Assembly: GCA_022824465.1 (NCBI GenBank)
Contig: JAJDZV010000002.1
Span: 20,192-84,191 of the forward strand
Direction of reading: 5' to 3'
DNA from: Anaerolineae bacterium
Lineage (GTDB): Bacteria; Chloroflexota; Anaerolineae; Aggregatilineales; Phototrophicaceae
Length of the DNA: 64,000 nt
Under the pieces are notes generated by a model, which saw nothing but the letters and a program-made list of their open reading frames with translations, was not told the DNA's origin and searched no databases. A program made the translations under genes and the position numbers. Position 1 is the first letter of the stretch; each line of letters starts with the position of its first letter. Of this stretch, positions 62,362 through 64,000 are shown piece by piece.

Positions 62362-63660
62362 ATGACACGGAAAGCAATGATGACCGACACGAGCCTGGAA
62401 TCCAACATCAACACGCGATCCCGCCCGACCGATCTGCGCATCACCGACTTGCGCGTCGTCAATCTTGAGGCGCTGCCTTATGATGTCAGCCTTTTGCGCA
62501 TCGACACAAATCAGGGCATCAGCGGCTACGGCGAGGTGCGCGATGGCGCCAGCCCGACCTACGCCCTCCTGCTGAAATCCCGCCTGCTGGGCGAGAACCC
62601 CTGCAACATCGACAAAATCTTCCGGCTGATCAAGCAATTTGGCTTCCACGGGCGGCAGGGCGGCGGCGTCTGCGGGATCGAGATGGCGCTATTCGATCTT
62701 GCTGGCAAGGCTTACGGCGTGCCGGCTTATCAACTCGCCGGCGGCAAATTCCGCGATAAAGCGCTGATCTATTGCGATACTGAATCCGTTCCCGACGGCG
62801 CTGACATGGGGCGGCGCTTGAAGGCGCGCATGGACGCCGGCTTCAGATTCCTCAAGATGGATATCGGCATCGGCTTGCTCGATGGCATCAAGGGCGCCGT
62901 GTCCGCGCCGCCGCAAGAGAATGTCGCGCGGCATATCATGCACCCCCTGCGCGGCATCCAACTCACCGATATCGGCATCGACTACTTGGTCGAATACCTG
63001 CGCCAGGTCCGCGACATCATCGGCTACGAGATCCCGCTGGCGGCCGATCACTTCGGCTACATCAACGTCGAATCATGCATCCGCCTGGGGCAAGCGCTGG
63101 ATCAATTCTCCCTGGCTTGGTACGAGGATATGATTCCCTGGCAGCTCACGGAGCAATGGCGGCAATTGAAACAATCGGTGCTTACGCCAGTTTGCACCGG
63201 CGAAGACATCTACCTCAAAGAGGGCTTCATGCCCCTGCTCGCGGCGCAGGCGGTCTCGGTGATTCATCCCGATCTCGCCACCTCCGGCGGCATCATGGAG
63301 ACGAAGAAGATCGGCGATATGGCGCAGGAATATGGCATCCCGATGGCGATGCACATGGCGGGATCGCCCGTGTCTTTTCTGGCGAATATCCACTGCGCCG
63401 CCGCCACCGAGAATTTCTATGTGCTGGAGAATCACTCGGTCGATCTGCCTTGGTGGGAGGATCTCATCGATGGCATCGACAAGCCGCTGGTCATAGATGG
63501 CTACGCGCGCGTGCCGGAAGCGCCCGGTCTGGGCTTCGGCGAGTTGAATGAAGAAGCCATCCGCGAGCGCATGGATATGAGAAACGGGCGGAATACCGGC
63601 TACTTTGAGCCAACGGAGGCGTGGGATGGCGAGTGGTCGCGGGATCACTTGTGGAGTTAG
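62362..63660 (+). CDS. Enolase-superfamily enzyme (mandelate racemase/muconate lactonizing family; acid-sugar dehydratase-like)
   Basis: N-terminal capping domain ITDLRVV...IDTNQGISGYGEV. Metal-ligand contexts AADHFG, WYEDM, TGEDI. The start was moved to the ATG at 62362 because the track N-terminal extension runs through a REP element. Confidence 0.8.
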   Translation: MTRKAMMTDTSLESNINTRSRPTDLRITDLRVVNLEALPYDVSLLRIDTNQGISGYGEVRDGASPTYALLLKSRLLGENPCNIDKIFRLIKQFGFHGRQGGGVCGIEMALFDLAGKAYGVPAYQLAGGKFRDKALIYCDTESVPDGADMGRRLKARMDAGFRFLKMDIGIGLLDGIKGAVSAPPQENVARHIMHPLRGIQLTDIGIDYLVEYLRQVRDIIGYEIPLAADHFGYINVESCIRLGQALDQFSLAWYEDMIPWQLTEQWRQLKQSVLTPVCTGEDIYLKEGFMPLLAAQAVSVIHPDLATSGGIMETKKIGDMAQEYGIPMAMHMAGSPVSFLANIHCAAATENFYVLENHSVDLPWWEDLIDGIDKPLVIDGYARVPEAPGLGFGELNEEAIRERMDMRNGRNTGYFEPTEAWDGEWSRDHLWS

Positions 63661-63788
63661 CGCTCTCATCAACGCTATGGTCTAATCACCGAGTGTGCCG
63701 AGTGACAGATCCTCTCTCGATCAAGGTCTCAGCGCCTCAGTGTCTCAGTCGCAAGCGTCCGCTGTTGCGGAGCGCGGGAAATCAAGAT

Positions 63789-64000
63789 ATGCGCATAACT
63801 GACATCCACATAACGCCAGTCGCTGTGCCCGATCCGCCCCTGCTCAACGCCGCCGGCTTGCACGCGCCTTACGCTCTGCGCCTCATCATCGAAATCGTAA
63901 GCGCCGACGGCATCTCCGGCTGGGGCGAGATCCCTGGGGGCGAATCGACCCGGGCCGCGCTGGGGACCGCCGCCGAGCGTCTCATCGGCATGGATCCCTG
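63789..64000 (+). CDS. Enolase-superfamily enzyme, glucarate-dehydratase-like, N-terminal fragment (continues beyond window)
   Basis: MRITDIHITPVAVPDPPLLNAAGLHAPYALRLIIEIVSADGISGWGEIPGGESTRAAL resembles the GudD N-terminus (..SG.HAP...R......D..G..G.GEIPGGE.IR). Confidence 0.7.
   Translation, partial: MRITDIHITPVAVPDPPLLNAAGLHAPYALRLIIEIVSADGISGWGEIPGGESTRAALGTAAERLIGMDP

Overview
This is 64 kb of high-G+C bacterial chromosome. I saw no rRNA, tRNA, CRISPR array, transposase or integrase. My taxon guess is a Chloroflexota-like heterotroph, at low confidence. I call about 59 protein-coding genes, mostly for carbohydrate uptake and catabolism.

Main gene content:
- Four CUT1-type sugar ABC importers (7186-10521, 32588-35775, 45639-50873, 54962-58231).
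- One Opp/Dpp-type importer with a LacI regulator and a GH172/DUF2961 hydrolase (21836-30527).
- Two Cys-type sulfatases and four PhyH-family Fe/2OG dioxygenase paralogues.
- A NamZ + GNAT + PIG-L amino-sugar locus.
- An amidohydrolase + SelA/DgaE-like PLP enzyme + TIGR04076 trio.
- An iodotyrosine-deiodinase-like nitroreductase.
- Two tandem membrane desaturase paralogues.

Most unusual items:
1. A B12-dependent diol/glycerol dehydratase whose large and medium subunits are fused into one 748-aa ORF (59480-61726), followed by a separate small subunit. It sits in a sugar-acid/sugar-transport neighbourhood, with no reactivase, adenosyltransferase or microcompartment genes in view.
2. A MalG/UgpE-type ABC permease carrying a roughly 230-aa N-terminal extension with four extra TM helices and a PDZ domain (48099-49673). 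It lies in a Ugp-like operon ending in a GDPD enzyme with an unknown N-terminal domain.
3. Three small selfish modules in visibly lower-G+C islands, each with its toxic gene disabled by a minimal lesion. The restriction endonuclease has one in-frame TAG, the HNH nuclease has one in-frame TAA, and parE has no start codon.

Intergenic DNA is full of REP-like hairpins (consensus GGGCGAGCC-N3-GGCTCGCCC-CTAC) embedded in at least three longer repeat families. Many long antisense shadow ORFs in the track were rejected. All homology statements come from reading motifs by eye and from memory, not from database searches.
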